This document shows positions 1 through 13,340 of a stretch of 64,000 nucleotides of DNA, one piece after another. The translations under genes were made by a program, and so were the position numbers. Numbering within the stretch: position 1 is the stretch's first letter; each line of letters starts with the position of its first letter. The notes under the pieces were generated by a model. The model searched no databases, was not told the origin of the DNA, and was given only the letters and a program-made list of their open reading frames with translations. Source of the DNA: Sphyrna mokarran (Eukaryota). The stretch lies in the NCBI GenBank assembly GCA_024679065.1, contig JAGIQG010000009.1, positions 107,384,001 through 107,448,000 on the forward strand, read 5' to 3'.

Positions 1-289
1 GGAGCTGACGCCAACCATTATGTAGAGCACCTGCAGCCTACTATACAACACAATTGGGTATTCCGTTTTCTGGAAGCCAGTTGAAACTAAAATAGAGCGC
101 AATGGAAAACGGGTTTCTGATGCAATAAAACCTATTTCCATACCCAATGCCGACCAGGCTGAGCTAGGATCCTTTGTTGCTTGGAAGCAAGGAGATCTAT
201 TGGGCTCAATGTTGAGCATTGCCCTTTGGGAATTTTCAGTGACACCAAAACATCAGGAAGCAGAGGAGAAATACAGGGAGGGCTTGATC

Positions 290-590
290 ATAGAACGCCG
301 ACAGTGTAGGAGGAGGCCAATTGGCCCACTAAGCCTGCACAGACAACAATCCGACCCAGTTCGTATCCCCATAACCCCACATATTTACTCTGCTAGTTCC
401 CCAGACACTAAGGGGCAACTTAGCATGACCAATCCATCCAGTACATCTTTCCTCGGATTACCCGGAGGAATCCCACGCAGACACAAGAAGAACATGCCAT
501 CTCCATAGAGTGACCCAAGTTGGGAATCGAACCCAGATCCCTGGTGCTGTGAGGCAGTAGCGCTAATCACTATGTCACCATGCCGCTCCA
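290..590 (-). mobile_element. tRNA-derived V-SINE (HE1-like) with CR1 tail. Similar copies at about 3390-3670(-), 5345-5505(+), 6390-6690(-), 17355-17820(-), 20220-20535(-), 21312-21605(+), 23950-24280(-), 24325-24570(+), 32020-32317(-), 39490-39825(-), 59120-59415(+), 61270-61495(+)
   Basis: A/B-box tRNA head, V-domain core of the type ctccgggtgctccggtttcctcccaca, and a CR1-like tail ending (attctatg)n. Confidence 0.85.
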
Positions 591-749
591 ATGACGAGAG
601 AGCAGGCAGAAATGTCTAGAGGTAGAAGGAGGCATTTAGACACGGCCCCTTACACTGAATTGCTACTAGGAGCGCACTACAGTCGCAAATCATCCAGATT
701 CCATTTCTATTTTAGTCGTTATAGCACCAGCCCAGGACACATTATTTTA

Positions 750-1190
750 TTTTATTTGATTTATTATTGTCACATGTATTGTGATACAATGAAAATATTT
801 TTCTTGCGCACTATATAAACAAAATATACCGTTAATAGAGTATACAGTGGAGAAGAAAAAGAGAGAATGCAGAATATAGTGTTAGAGTCACAATGAGGGT
901 GTAGAGAAAGATCATTTAATATGTGATGGAACCATTCACAAGTCTGATGACAACAGAGAAGAAGCTGTTCTTGAATCAGTTGGCACGTGTTCTCAGACTT
1001 TTGTCTTTTTCCATACGGAAGAAAGTTGAAGAAGTATGTCCAGTGTGTATGGAGACCTTGATTATGCTGGCTGCTGACCTGAGACAGCGGGAAGTGTAGA
1101 CGGAGTCAGTGGATAGGAGGTTGATTTGTGGATTACACTCGCGACCCTTTGTAGTTTCTTGCAGTCTTGGTCAGAGCAGGAGACATAAAG
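750..1190 (-). mobile_element. Rex1/Babar LINE 3' fragment
   Basis: Minus strand reads LRTRAN*FKNSFFSVVIRLVN, the Rex1 ORF end; tail tacatgtgacaataataaatcaaa. Confidence 0.8.
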
Positions 1191-1194
1191 CACA

Positions 1195-1540
1195 AAAATC
1201 CAGGTTGGCTGTCCAGTGTCAAATGGAGGTAATGCTGCACTGTTGCAATGGAGGTGAGGACTATTATACTAACGTTGAACCTGGTGAATGTAAAAAATCC
1301 CATTGCAATTTCAAGACAGATACCCCCATGTCCTGGCCAAAAGCTGCTCCTCAATCACCATCTTAAAACAAAAATAAATTGCTGAGTTTTGCATTGTTAT
1401 TTTTGTAAGCTTCCTGTACGCAAATCACTTGCCTTTCCTAAATTGCAAAAGTGGCTGCTCTTCCAAAATCTTCACCCGGCTTTAAAGTGAATTGGGATGT
1501 ACTGAGGTCGTACAAGGCGCTGTAGAAAGCAAATTGTTAT
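1195..1540 (+). mobile_element. Deu-domain-type SINE relic with L2-like tail
   Basis: gtcctggccaa...ttgggatgtactgaggtcgtacaaggcgctgtagaaagcaa. Confidence 0.55.
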
Positions 1541-1631
1541 TTATGTGTATAAATTTACAATCGTGCCTTTCCAAAAATGCAAACAACATCAGATCAAAAT
1601 TTTAAAATTTAGTTTCATTTCTTTATTCCAG

Positions 1632-1739
1632 AGAAAAATAACAGGAATCCTTCCCCGATACTTGGACTGGGAGGTGCTTCAGTTTTGCTGAGTATAACCG
1701 TCATTTTTCTTATATGTGGACTCTGCTGGCAAAACAAAG
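1632..1739 (+). CDS. Gene A transmembrane exon
   Basis: ctttattccag| acceptor and AAAG|gtgtgt donor. Encodes the hydrophobic stretch ILGLGGASVLLSITVIFLICGLCW and ends NK plus a phase-1 G, as in gene B. Confidence 0.85.
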
Positions 1740-4700
1740 GTGTGTGTTCCTGTCAAACCTACTTTAGTAGTATGTTTTCGCTATAGGGGCAGTTGCTCTA
1801 CTGCTATGAGATCTAACCAGGTAAATGCTTCCAACGAACTTGTCACTTTTTTTGTGTGATCGGAAACCCGATTAGTATGAGCAATTATTTTAAAACACGC
1901 CATTTCCTTCAGAATTATACAACTGTTCCAATTTAGAAAGACACCATTAGGCCGTATGCCGGCTTTTCGTAGGAACAACTGATCTACTATCACTCGCTGA
2001 TCTTCCCCCCATTTTCAGCTAATAATCCAAATCAGTCTTGGAAACCTCGAGTAAATCTGATTCACTCACAATCTCAGGCAGTGTATTCCATATCTAACTT
2101 TATCGCGGCGTTTATCGCGAGGGGGATAGAATACAAAAGCAGGGAGATCTTGCTGCAACTATACAAGGCACTAGTGAGGCCGCAATTGGAGTACTGTGTG
2201 CAGTTTTGGCACCTTGTTTGCGTGAGGATATATTGGCCTTGGAAGGAGTACAGAGACGGTCCACCAAGCTGATACCGGAGATGAGGGCGATAGGTTACGA
2301 GGGGAGATTAAATAGACTGGGCCTATACTCGTTGTAGTTTAGAAGGCTGAGGGGGGATCTTATAGAGACTTACAAGATAATGAAAGGGCTAGATAGGGTA
2401 GAGGTAGAGAAAGTCTTTGCGCCTAGAAAGGAAAACAGAACTAGAGGGTACAGATTCAAATAAGCCGGGGGGGGGGGGGGGGGGTGGGGGGGGGAGGCAG
2501 TTTTAGAGCGGAGTGGAAGAGAAACTTCTTCACTCAAAGAGTGGTGAATCTCTGGAATTCTCTGCCCATTGAAGTGGTGGAGGCTGCCTCGTTGAATATA
2601 TTTAAGTCAGGGATAGGTTTATTTCTGATAGACAAAGGAATTAAGGGTTATGGGGAGAAAGCGAAAAAGTGGAACTGATCCACTTCAGATCAGCCATGAT
2701 CTTAATGAATGGCGGGGCAGCCTCGAAGGGCTAGATGGCCTACTCCTCCTCGTATTTCACATATTCTAACCACTCGAGTGGTAAAATATTTTCTTCCTGT
2801 CGCTATTGTCTTTTAGCTACATCACTTAGATTTGCCAATCATTTAAATCTGTGCCCTCTTGTTCTCGATCCTTCCACTAAAGGTACAGTTGTCACTATCT
2901 ACTCCTGCTAGGTCCCTTGAGATTTTGAATAAATGAAAAATCTTACCATAGCTTTCTCGTCTCCAAAGACAACCGTCCACCTTCCTTACTCACTATGAAA
3001 TGCCTAGCCCAATACATGAAGAAGATAATATCATCATAGAAACAGGCAAGACGATGGCCTAGTGGTACAGTCCCTAGATTATTAATCCAGAAACTCAGCC
3101 AATGTTCTGAGAATCCTGGTTCCAATCCCTTCTGGCAAATGTGGAATTCGAATTCAATAAAAGATGTCTGGAATTCAGAATCTACTGAACACCATGAAAC
3201 AATTGTTAGAAAAAGACGTCTGGTTTAATGATAACCTTTAGGGAAGGAAATCTGCCATTGTTGTCTGGTCTGGCCTACACGTAGCTCCAGATGCACAGCA
3301 ATATGGTTGACTCTCAACTGCTCTTTGGTAATTATGGATAAATGCCGGCCGGGCAGTGACACCCGTGACCCATGAATGCAAAAAAAAAGAGGAAGGAGGG
3401 CATTCGGCCTATCGAGTCCACACTAACTCTCAGACAATGTGCCCTACACTGCAACTTCATATGTTTACTACGATAATCACCCTAATCCACGTATTTTGGG
3501 ACACTAAGGGGAAATTCAACATAGTTAAGCATATTTTTGGATTCTGGAAGGAAATAGGAGTACCCGGAGGGAACTCACACAGACACGTGGAGAATATACC
3601 AACTCCACATGGATAGTTATCGAAGGCTGGAATTGAACATGGGTCCCTACCACTGTGAGGCAGCACCATATCCTTGCACTCATTATGCTCCTCGTCCATA
3701 TGTATCGCAATCAGTTTCTCTATGTTAGTGTTTAAGACCAATTTTATGATGTTTTAACAAGAAACTGATTCAAACAGTTATATTAATGTCGATATTATTT
3801 TTCTTTCAGTTATCCTGAGACTGAGAAGGTAAAAAAACTCATCTTATCAAATTGTTGATTATTCAGACCATAATGTGCAGAATTTTAAATTTAAACATCA
3901 TTTTGCTTCTTGCAGACAGTGCTGTGAAATTGATGCGATATCTGGTACGTGAATTGTATGCATTCTGCATTAATTACCTCACAGGTGGAGAAGGTGACAA
4001 AGAAGGCGTATAGTATGTTAGCTTTCATAGAAAAGGGTATAGAATATAAGAGTAGGAGTTTGATGTTGCAGTTGTATACAACTTTGGTTAGGCCTCACTT
4101 GGAATACTGCGCCCAGTTCTGGTCTCCGTACTATCGGAAGGATGTGGAGTCCTTGGAGAGAGTGCAGAGGAGGTTTACCAGGATGCTGCCTGGTATGGAA
4201 GGACTGTCCTATGAGGAACGATTAGATAGACTGGGGTTGTTTTCCCTTGAAAGACGTCGGCTTAGAGGGGATCTCATAGAGGTGTATAAGATTATAAGGG
4301 GTATAGATAGAGTAAATGGAGGTAAACTTTTTCCACCTTTAGAAATGGATAGGACGAGAGGTCATGGCCATAGGGTGAGGGGGGCTATGTATAGGACGAA
4401 TATTAGAGGGCAGTTTTTCACACAAAGGGTAGTGGGGGTGTGGAATGCACTGCCGAGTAAGGTGGTGGGAGCAGGCACGCTGGGGCTGTTTAAGGGTCTC
4501 TTGGACAGCCACATGAGCGGTATGCAGATAGAGGGATATGTTAGGACTGTTTAACTACGGCTTTTTTCCACAGGTAATTCGGTCCATAATTTGAGCACGC
4601 ATTCGGCAGGTGGTGCGGGTACAGCTCTTGGATGTTGATTCATGGGTTGCCTGGTACCTCATGTCGTATATGAGTGCTTTATGTGGACCACCTGAAGGGC

Positions 4701-7700
4701 ACCATGACAGCTCAGAGACTATCGATGTGGCTGTGCAGACACTTGGAATTGGGCCGGTGTCTGCGGGAGTTTGCGCGTTCTCCCCGTGGTTGCGTGGGTT
4801 TTCTCCGGGCACTCCGGTTTCCTCCCACAACCCAAAAATTCGCTCTTAGGCTGATTGGGTAACAAATTGTCCCTATGGTGAAAATTTTCCAAATTAGGAT
4901 TAATATATATATTATTATATAGGAATATTAAAATAGGATAATGTATTTGGTATTACGGTGGCGCGGGCTCGTTGGGCCGAAGGGCCTGTTTCCCGTGCTG
5001 TGTTGCTTAAAAAAAAAATTACTATTCCCGGCAAATTGAAAACAAATCTAAACTAAAAAAGTACATTTACAAATAGTTTCATTCGAATGAATTCAATTTC
5101 TGGTGCTACGCGTGTCTGTTATGTTTGTGGTTCTGACCCTCTCTGAATGCTATTCCCACAGCCGATCTACAGCCAGCGACACAGGTAAGAACGATTGGAT
5201 CACAACATGTTTGGTATGTGCAATTACATAGTTCTGATAACCAATGTCTTTCTGCTAATTTACTATATTTTCTTTCCTGCGATTGATATGCTCTATCCCT
5301 TCTCCGCTTATATTTCCTGAATATGCTTATGAAGTTTTGACTCCACAGGTGTGCGGGTTAGGTGGATTGTCCATGCTAAATTGCCCCTTGGTGTCAGTTG
5401 GATTAGGGTAAATAAATGACGTTATGGGGATATGGCCTGCGTGGTCGGTGCAGGCTCGATGGGCCGAACGGCGTCCTTCTGCAGTGTGTGATTCTATTCT
5501 ATGACTATGTCCAGCAAAATGGGAGAAATGTTTATACTTCCTATTAAAGTAGCGATTTCTTGACGATAGTTGCCAAACTTCTTGAAAACTTAAAATCACT
5601 TTAAAAAAACTTCCAAAGGCAAGGTCTGTATTCAAAAGACATAACTAAAATTGATGCAAACCACAAAAATTATATAAGACAAACAAACATTAACCTAAGG
5701 ACAAGGGAGGCCTTCGGATGGTCGAATAACTCCTATTCAGTGGTACAAGATCTGCAAAGATCTGAGGCACTCAGCCAAAATACAGTATGATTACAGCTTC
5801 TGTTATCTCAAATATATCTATAATTTAGCTAATAATTAGCTTAGATTCAATTTAATTCCGTGTTAACATGTCAGTCCAGTACAAGGCAGGTTACCTCAGC
5901 CAGTTGCAATACACTTCTTAACATAATATTTTATTTGTCCGTTTCATACCGGATATCTTCCCTTTGGCAAAACCCACTTCCTGGTTGCTGTGTTGTTAAA
6001 GTCGCTTCTACTGCTATTCCTTTCCCATAAGTGCATTGCCAAGACAATCAGATAAACAACACTCCGGACACATATATTTTTTCATGTCAGGATAATAGAT
6101 GCATCTACTTGATACATTATATTTCAATAACTGCCCCAGGATTTGAAAATAATAATGTTCATTCTGCTGGCTAATGGATTTCTGGCTGTTTAACGTTTTA
6201 ATCTTATCATTATTTCTTCAGCATTTGCTTTTTTGATTGAAGTGAACAAATACATTTAATGTTAAGATACATTTAATATATTAATGCAGAGTCACTTAAT
6301 ATTCCAATATGGACTTTAAGATCATACTTAATTCCTTTCAATACTGTTATTCCATTCATATAAGATCAAACTTTTAACATTGCCCTGTTAGGATCATAGA
6401 ATTCCTACAGGACTATGTTCTATTTGATCAGCCTGCATCTTGGCCCTATCTCCGTAACCCCACATGTTAACCCTGTTAATCCCCCTGACACTACGGGGCA
6501 ATTTAGCATGGCCGATCAAACCAACCAGCACATCTTTCAGTTTATGGAAGGAAACCAGAGCACCGGAGGAAACTTATACATACACGGGAAGAATATGCAA
6601 ACTCCACAGATAGTGACCCAAACCCGGAATTGAACTCAGGGCACTAGCGCTGCGAGGCAGCAGTGCTAACCACTGTGTCACCCTGCTACCCCTGGTGGAA
6701 TCATTTCAACTCTTCCCCACTACATTGTCACTATAAACTAAAGATCTGCCTATGGATCTGCAAGCTGACCTAAAAGCTCTTTCATAAAGTTAAGCCAGAT
6801 GTAACCACGATCAATAATGATGCTTAGCAGATGTATCGCTCATTAGCTCCAGCTCATCCAGTGAGCTGAAAGGCTCCTCTCTGTTTTGTTTTTAAGGATT
6901 GATATTTTCCCAATAGACATTGACCCACAAAATTCAAACCGCCCCCAAAATGTGCAGGACTATATTAAATTGCTAAGCTCAGTCAGAGTTGCAAGGCCTG
7001 AAATGAAATGAGTAGACTTATCTAAGTAAAGATCTTTCCAGAGTTTTGTGCGTCAGGATGTTGTTCAAGTAGTTCGGACAAAAGCAATGGCCCTCTTTGC
7101 ATTCTACTTGTGGTAACAGACAGAATTTCTGTGTGGTCCAAAAATGGTAGTTAATGGATAATGGTCCTTCAACAATGTGAATTTCTCCTATTCAGGAATT
7201 TATGAAATTTCTTTACTCCAAAAATGCTTCCCTTTCAATCTGGTAAGAGTTACTTTAGTTTTTCTCAAGGTTCAAGAAGCAAAAGCAATGTGTCATTCTT
7301 CACTTGATGCATATTTCTCTTAAATATTGTTAAAAAATAAGGAGATGCATTGCAAACTAATTGCAAGGATCAAAGTGCGTGACAGCTTCAGATTTAAACA
7401 ACTCTCAGTCCACTCAGGAACTGATCCATTGCTTTTCGAAATAATGCAGGAGTTCATCTGTTACCAAACGATTAGAAGGGCTGGAAGAAGTCCTTATGTG
7501 TCAGAATTGTCATAATTTCTGTGGCTTCTTGCTCACATTTATCTGTAGTAAACTTGGCTCAGATCAATTTTGCTGAAACATGGATTATCAGGTTGACTGC
7601 AACTACGCTCAGGGGACTGGGCACCAAAACATTCAGATATTTCGATTGCCGACGCAAAACAGTCAAAGTGCTCAGTATAGAAGCTTCATGGCTCTATACT

Positions 7701-8965
7701 TACATCAGAATCCCACGACTCAAAAATCCCTATTTTTTTCTACTAATATGCGCATTTTGCTGTGTTTTAGGAGCTACCTTGATTTCCACATACACAAGCT
7801 TCAGCCTCTCATTTATCACAGATAGCTGTACAATATGCTTTGAGGGCAAATTAATCATGTCTCCTTAGCCCGTTGGTTCTCTTAAGCACATGTTTCACAG
7901 GTGAAACATTTTCCTTTCTAATTTTTATTTTATCCAACTGTTCGCACTAAAATTCTTCTTCCTGAGTGGCTAGCCAGCATGTGTTCCTAGTCCTTGTCGC
8001 CAGGTTTTATGTTGTATTTTAGAGGTAGGATACTAGGGAGAAGGAAGGTTTAAAACAACTGAAGTTTATTTGCCGTGTCTGATCACTTGCATAGCTGATC
8101 GGCTCTCAGTTTCTCGTTCCAGGATGTATGGCCTCACTTCCAAAGAATATATTCAATCAACAGAGATTCAGTTTAAGTTTAAGTTTATTTATTAATGTCG
8201 CAACTAGGCTTTCATTAACACTTCAATGGAGTTACTGTGAAAATCCCCTACTTACCACTCCCCGGCGCCTGTTCGGGTTCACTGAGAGAAAATTTAGCCA
8301 AAATGGCCAATGCACCTAACAAGCACGTCTTTCAGCCTGTGGGAGGAAACCAGAGCACTGGGAAGAAACCCACGCAGGCGCGGGAAGAAGGTGCAGAGTC
8401 TGCACAGACATTGATCGAACCCAGGAATCGAACACCATCTCGGATTGTGAGGCAGCAGTGCTAACAATCTAACAAGAGCAAGAACCAATAAGAATTAACG
8501 CAAATATATGACAATATGGGGAAAAGATTTTTACATGAGGTGTACTTAAAATCTGGGAGGCACTGACTGAGAATGGCATGGAGAGAAATTTAATTGTGTC
8601 TTCAAAGATTGGAGATGGGATAATTCTCAGAAGTCAATATATTTGGAAGGTAACAACAGAAATTGCGGGACTGTTGAATTGTTCTTGTTGATCCGACATG
8701 GACACAACAAGACAAATATGTCCTTCTGTGTTGTAGATAAAACGCCATCAATCAATTCTCAAAGGGGAGAGCAGCCTATGATCCTCTGGGCCTGTGGCGA
8801 AGTTTACATACTATTTACATGTCTCAACACATCTACCCCAGCCTGGGCCACTACTGGCGATTTTAATCTCTTTCTCCGCCTGAACTCCACATCTTATCTT
8901 TTCTTGACAACACATTATTCAAATTCCTTTGTTTTTTTTTACCGTAGGATGCTGCAAACGTGTGA
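1632..8965 (+). CDS. Gene A (5'-partial): single-pass receptor, probable paralog of gene B. Exons 1632-1739, 3810-3828, 3916-3944, 5162-5184; terminal exon tentatively 8948-8965
   Basis: All exons have canonical AG/GT sites and matching phases (1-1, 1-2, 2-1, 1-0, 0-stop). Joined peptide: xKNNRNPSPILGLGGASVLLSITVIFLICGLCWQNK-VILRLR-RQCCEIDAIS-ADLQPATQ-DAANV*. Exon phases match gene B, including a 19-nt micro-exon. The terminal exon is the least certain part. Confidence 0.75.
2096..2770 (+). mobile_element. CR1 LINE 3' fragment
   Basis: LYKALVRPQLEYCVQFW and FFTQRVVNLWNSLP motifs, frameshifts, CR1 3' UTR; poly-G run at 2467-2494. Confidence 0.9.
3978..5016 (+). mobile_element. 5'-truncated CR1 LINE with V-domain-containing 3' UTR (composite copy 1)
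   Basis: ORF2 C-terminus LVRPHLEYCAQFWSP...FFTQRVVGVWNALP, stop at 4554. Followed by a unique UTR segment, the V-SINE body, a CR1-type tail and polyA. AATTAC flanks both ends (3972-3977, 5017-5022). Confidence 0.9.
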
Positions 8966-10146
8966 ATTGTCGTGGCTAAACTTAGACGCACTGGCAATTA
9001 AATCTATTTCTTTTTATTTTATTGCGATGATTATTAGGTGCACTCTAATTGTGGCATTGATTCCTTGCATAATAACAAAGTGAACACCAAAGAGAAGAAG
9101 ACAAGGAAAATGAACAATAACACAGATCATATCGAATATGCTACCATCAGCTGCAGCTATGGGAAGAAACTTGAAATGCTGCAATATCCAGCTCTTCACA
9201 AACCCTGATTCTCACTGAGTCGTATCTAGCGTACTGATTACCTTATTCTCTATTTCACTATCAATAATTAAGCTTGTTTAACGTTAACTGTGAATGTTTG
9301 TGAACATGCAGCTGTTCCTAAATTCCCAATTGTTTAGTATATCAACCTTGAAATTATTCAACTTGTAGAGACGCTGTGCCTGTTCAAGAATCCAATCCTT
9401 GTTCTCATGATTACATTGTACATTTTACCAGCACCGGGAAACAGAACAAGGAAAGGAAGGAGATCCACTGGGTCACTACTTGAAGAAAATGTATAAATCA
9501 GTCAGTGAAAATATCATTACGTGAATATTCCCGCTAATTTCATGAGAAAGGTTATTTGCTGTCTCCCTTGGTATTTGATTCAAGCAATCTTCCCAATGTA
9601 ATTTCATTATTGACAACCAATAGCAATCTAAGTATTTTCCCAAAATGTAATTATATGAGTACAGTTAACTGCTTTTAAGTACTTAGTCATTTTAACTCTG
9701 TGCTGCAAATCATAGTGTTCCATTAAATCCTGCAAATTTTGTGCTTGATATTTTCTCAGATCTATTGTCTCGAGTCACGCATGTAAGGGGAGTAGGATTC
9801 AGTATGATTTGGAGTAAATAGTTTCCCATACTATATCAAAAGGGAAAAGGGGAAAGTAGTTGATATTATAAACTGTCGAGTGTGTCCGATAGTGAATGTT
9901 TTATGTTTTTATAAAATTTTATGTTTTTATATAATTCTGTAAACCTGTAGTTCTATTGCTTGCACCTGAGTGGCCCTATATTCTTTAATAGTCATTAGTA
10001 TTCAAAATATCAGTCCATCTCAAATCATTTTCAATAAATTATATTTTATGAGAGGCGTTTTGACATACTATAATATGAGCTCCATGAATGGTAGAGTTGA
10101 GCTGAATAACCTACTTCTATTCCTATGGTCTTATGGTCTTACCATA

Positions 10147-11056
10147 AGGCGGAGAATGAGAGGAGATCTAATAGAGGTGTATAACATTATGAATTTTATA
10201 GATAGAGTGAAAAGTGGTAAGCTTTCTCCTAGGTTGGATACAATAATTACGAGGGGCCACGGGCTAAGGGTGAGTGGGGCGAGGTATAATTCGGATGTTA
10301 GAGGGAGGTTTTTCACACAGAGGGTGGTGGGGGCCTGGAATGCATTGCCAAATAAGGTGGTGGAGGCAGGCACGCTAGGGTTGTTTAAGAATCACTTAGA
10401 CAGGCACATGAGCGGACTAGAGGTGGAGGAATACAGGACACTTTTCTAAATAAAGATCAAGAGCCTTGGGACATTCCTGGGAATCAATTGATTCCTATGG
10501 ATCTTCCACTATATGTCATGGCTCACTTGCTTTATTTCTGCGCTTCTGGGGATTTCGTAAATGTCGGTCTAGTTTTGCATATTTATTGATGTCTTTTCTT
10601 TTACTTCACAGTTAATTGCTGACAACAAGAGGTATACACGCGATGGGTCGTGCGATGGCTGCTCTTGGATGTTGCCTCGAGAGTTGTCTAGTACTTCACG
10701 TCGTTAGTGTACGCTTAAACTGGAGCAGCTGATGGGCAACAATGACAACTCAGTGACTATCACTGTTTGCTTTGCAGATACATGGATTTGGGCCGGTATC
10801 TGCGGGAATTTGCACATTCTCCCCCTGATTGCGTGGGTTTACTCCGGGTGCTCTGGTTTCCTCCCACATCCCAAAAACGTGCTCTTAGGCTGATTGGTGT
10901 AACAAAGTGTCCCTAAATTAGTTTTCCCTCAATCTTCCCCAATAGGTGTAGACAAAGGTCATAGATAGAGGAGGGCAGTCATAATGTTAAAATGGCAGCG
11001 CGGGACCATTGGGCGGAAGGATCTGTTTCCCGTGCTGTATTGTTCTTTGATCTTTG
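10147..11056 (+). mobile_element. CR1 LINE 3' end with V-domain-containing 3' UTR (composite copy 2)
   Basis: RRMRGDLIEVYNIM...FFTQRVVGAWNALP, followed by the same UTR layout as 3978-5016. Confidence 0.85.
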
Positions 11057-11379
11057 TACACCGGTTATTGCCTGGAGTACTTCACAATCTCTCTTCTGAA
11101 TTACCTACATCTGTTTTTAAAGTTACCTCCCCTTTCCTATCAACCATCAGTAGTGTGAACACTTTCTCTCGAGCCACACGAAAAAGTCCTGTTAAAATCA
11201 TTAAATAAACACATTCAAGTCCATTCATGAATTTCTACTTTCCAAAGAATATAAACTAAATTTATTCAATCTCTCCTTGGAACCAACTCTTGGAACTTTC
11301 CTAAAATTCAGTTGCTGCTCTGTCCCTCATCCATCTCTCTGGTAAGTATAGACTTGACTGTTGAAGATATTTTTGGGCT

Positions 11380-11890
11380 GGTGAGTTGGGAAGAATGGTA
11401 GCCTCATTAGATAAAGAATTCAATTGCACAGAAAAGCTTGCAGGAGGGCTTTCCTGGGATGTTGCCAGGAAGATTGTAACTATGAGGAAAGATTGATTAG
11501 ACTGGGGATATTCCCAATGGAATAGGGGAAGGAGAGGAGAGACTTGGTTAGGATTGGAAAGTGGTGAACTACCTAGGTAGATTGAATGCTTACTTTAGCA
11601 GAGTGTTCAGCAACCATGAGGCATAGAAGTGACTGATAGAGAGGTTAGAGAAACAGTAATGGAACAATTATTCACCCAAAGGTTTATAGGCGGCTGTAAC
11701 TCACTGTCTGAAAGGGTTGTAGAGAAAACAAAATTCAATAAATTTCAAGAGTGATTGGATATTCACCTTAAGTGCGGTAACTTGCAGAGTTACGGGCCGA
11801 ATGCTGGAAAGTGGGACAAGATTGGATGGCCCGTTTTGCAGGTGGCGATCACAGTGTGCCAATGTGGCCGTAAATTTTCTATGATTCTAT
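11380..11890 (+). mobile_element. Highly degenerate CR1 3' end
   Basis: Remnants of YEERLIRLG, TQRxxGxxNSL and the tail. Confidence 0.65.
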
Positions 11891-12055
11891 ACTTGTCCCA
11901 CATTTCCCTTTTGAGGGAACGAATCTTGACCGTACGAGAAGAATCCCCTTCTATGAAGATAGCTCACTGTCCCTTCATTACCAGCTATTCTGGAAAATCT
12001 CAGCGCATCTGACAGCATCTGTGGGAAGATTTCGAGTTCAGAGGCCCTTCGTCAG

Positions 12056-12275
12056 AGGTGTTCCCAAGTGTCTACTGCCCTTATCCTTCTAGATGGAAAT
12101 GGTCGTGAGTTTGGAAGGTGCTGTCTAAGAATCTTTGGTGAATTTCTGCAATGCATCTTGAGGAGAGTACACACTGCTGCTACTGAGTCGCGATGGTGGA
12201 GGGAATGAATTTTTGTGGATGTGGTGCCAATCAAGCGGGCTGCTCTGTCAGGGATGGTGCAAGGTTCTTAAGTAT
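12056..12275 (-). mobile_element. CR1-group LINE fragment of a distinct family
   Basis: IHSLHHRDSVAAVCTLLKMHCRNSPKILRQHLPN; related to 30790-31400. Confidence 0.65.
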
Positions 12276-13043
12276 CAGTCGCCTTTAAATATACAGTTCA
12301 GATAGCCTTCTGAAAACGCTTCGAGCCGAAGCGCTTGGTCTCAAAATATTTTAAATAAGCTCATCGGGAAATGCTCTGCATATACAAGAACGCGTATGTG
12401 AAACCACATTCCAATACTCATCAAAACATTGAAATGAAATGCTCCCAGTGAGAAGTGATTTCCAGAGTATGGAAGTCCCGCAATACAATAGGATTGTTTT
12501 ATAATTTCACCTTTGTTTTATATTTGTCATCAGCGTTTAACCATTAGTGCTCGACAATAGGCAATGCCTGACATCACAAAATATCGTAAATGCCATGGAT
12601 TGCATTTTAGAATATAATTAGTATACCTTCCCTGTGAGAAAGTTAAATATTTTCAATCTTTGCATTTCATTTCCGCTTGCAAATTTTTGTGGTTCTAGAA
12701 TTGCATCACGTGCCAACATTGAGGCTGCTACCAGAAGAATCGATTGCAATCGCCAATTTAGGTGGCATAGTGGTTAGCACTGCTGCTTCCTAGTGCAAGG
12801 GACCTGAGTTCAGTTCTCGGCTTGGGTCTGTGCGGAGTCTGCACGTTCTTCTCGAGTCTGCGTGAATTTCCTCTGGGTACTCCTATTTCATCCCACAGTC
12901 CAAAAACATGCTGATTAGGTGGATTGTCCATGTTAAATTTTCCTTTAGTATACCCGAACACTAGTGTGGAATGTGGTGACTGGGCGATATTGACAGAAAC
13001 TTCATTGCAGTGTTAATGTAAACCTACTTGTGACACTAATAAA

Positions 13044-13340
13044 GCAGATACATGGATTTGGACCTGTTATTGTGGGAGTTTGCGCATTCTCCCCGTGCTT
13101 GCGTGGGTTTTCTCCGGGTGCCCCGGTTTCCTCCCACATCCCAAATATGTGCTCTTAGGCAGATTGGCAGAACAAATTCTTGCTAAATTGTCTCAAATTT
13201 AGTTTTCATACATAGATCTATAAACATAGACAGGGATGACAGGGATCATGGGTAGAAGTGGGAACATCGAGGTGGCGTCGCGGGCTCGTTGGGCCGAAGG
13301 GCCTGTTTCCCGTGTTGTTTTGTTCTTTGCTCTTTGTTCT
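13044..13340 (+). mobile_element. 5'-truncated 3' UTR of the composite CR1 family (copy 4)
   Basis: Starts gcagatacatggatttgg and matches 10774-11056 and 42677-42955, including the (tgttctt)n tail. Confidence 0.8.

Noticed and set aside
7580-7868. Overlapping ORFs as the gene A terminal exon
   Set aside because: Poor polypyrimidine tract and no recognisable motif; the 8948 acceptor is much stronger.
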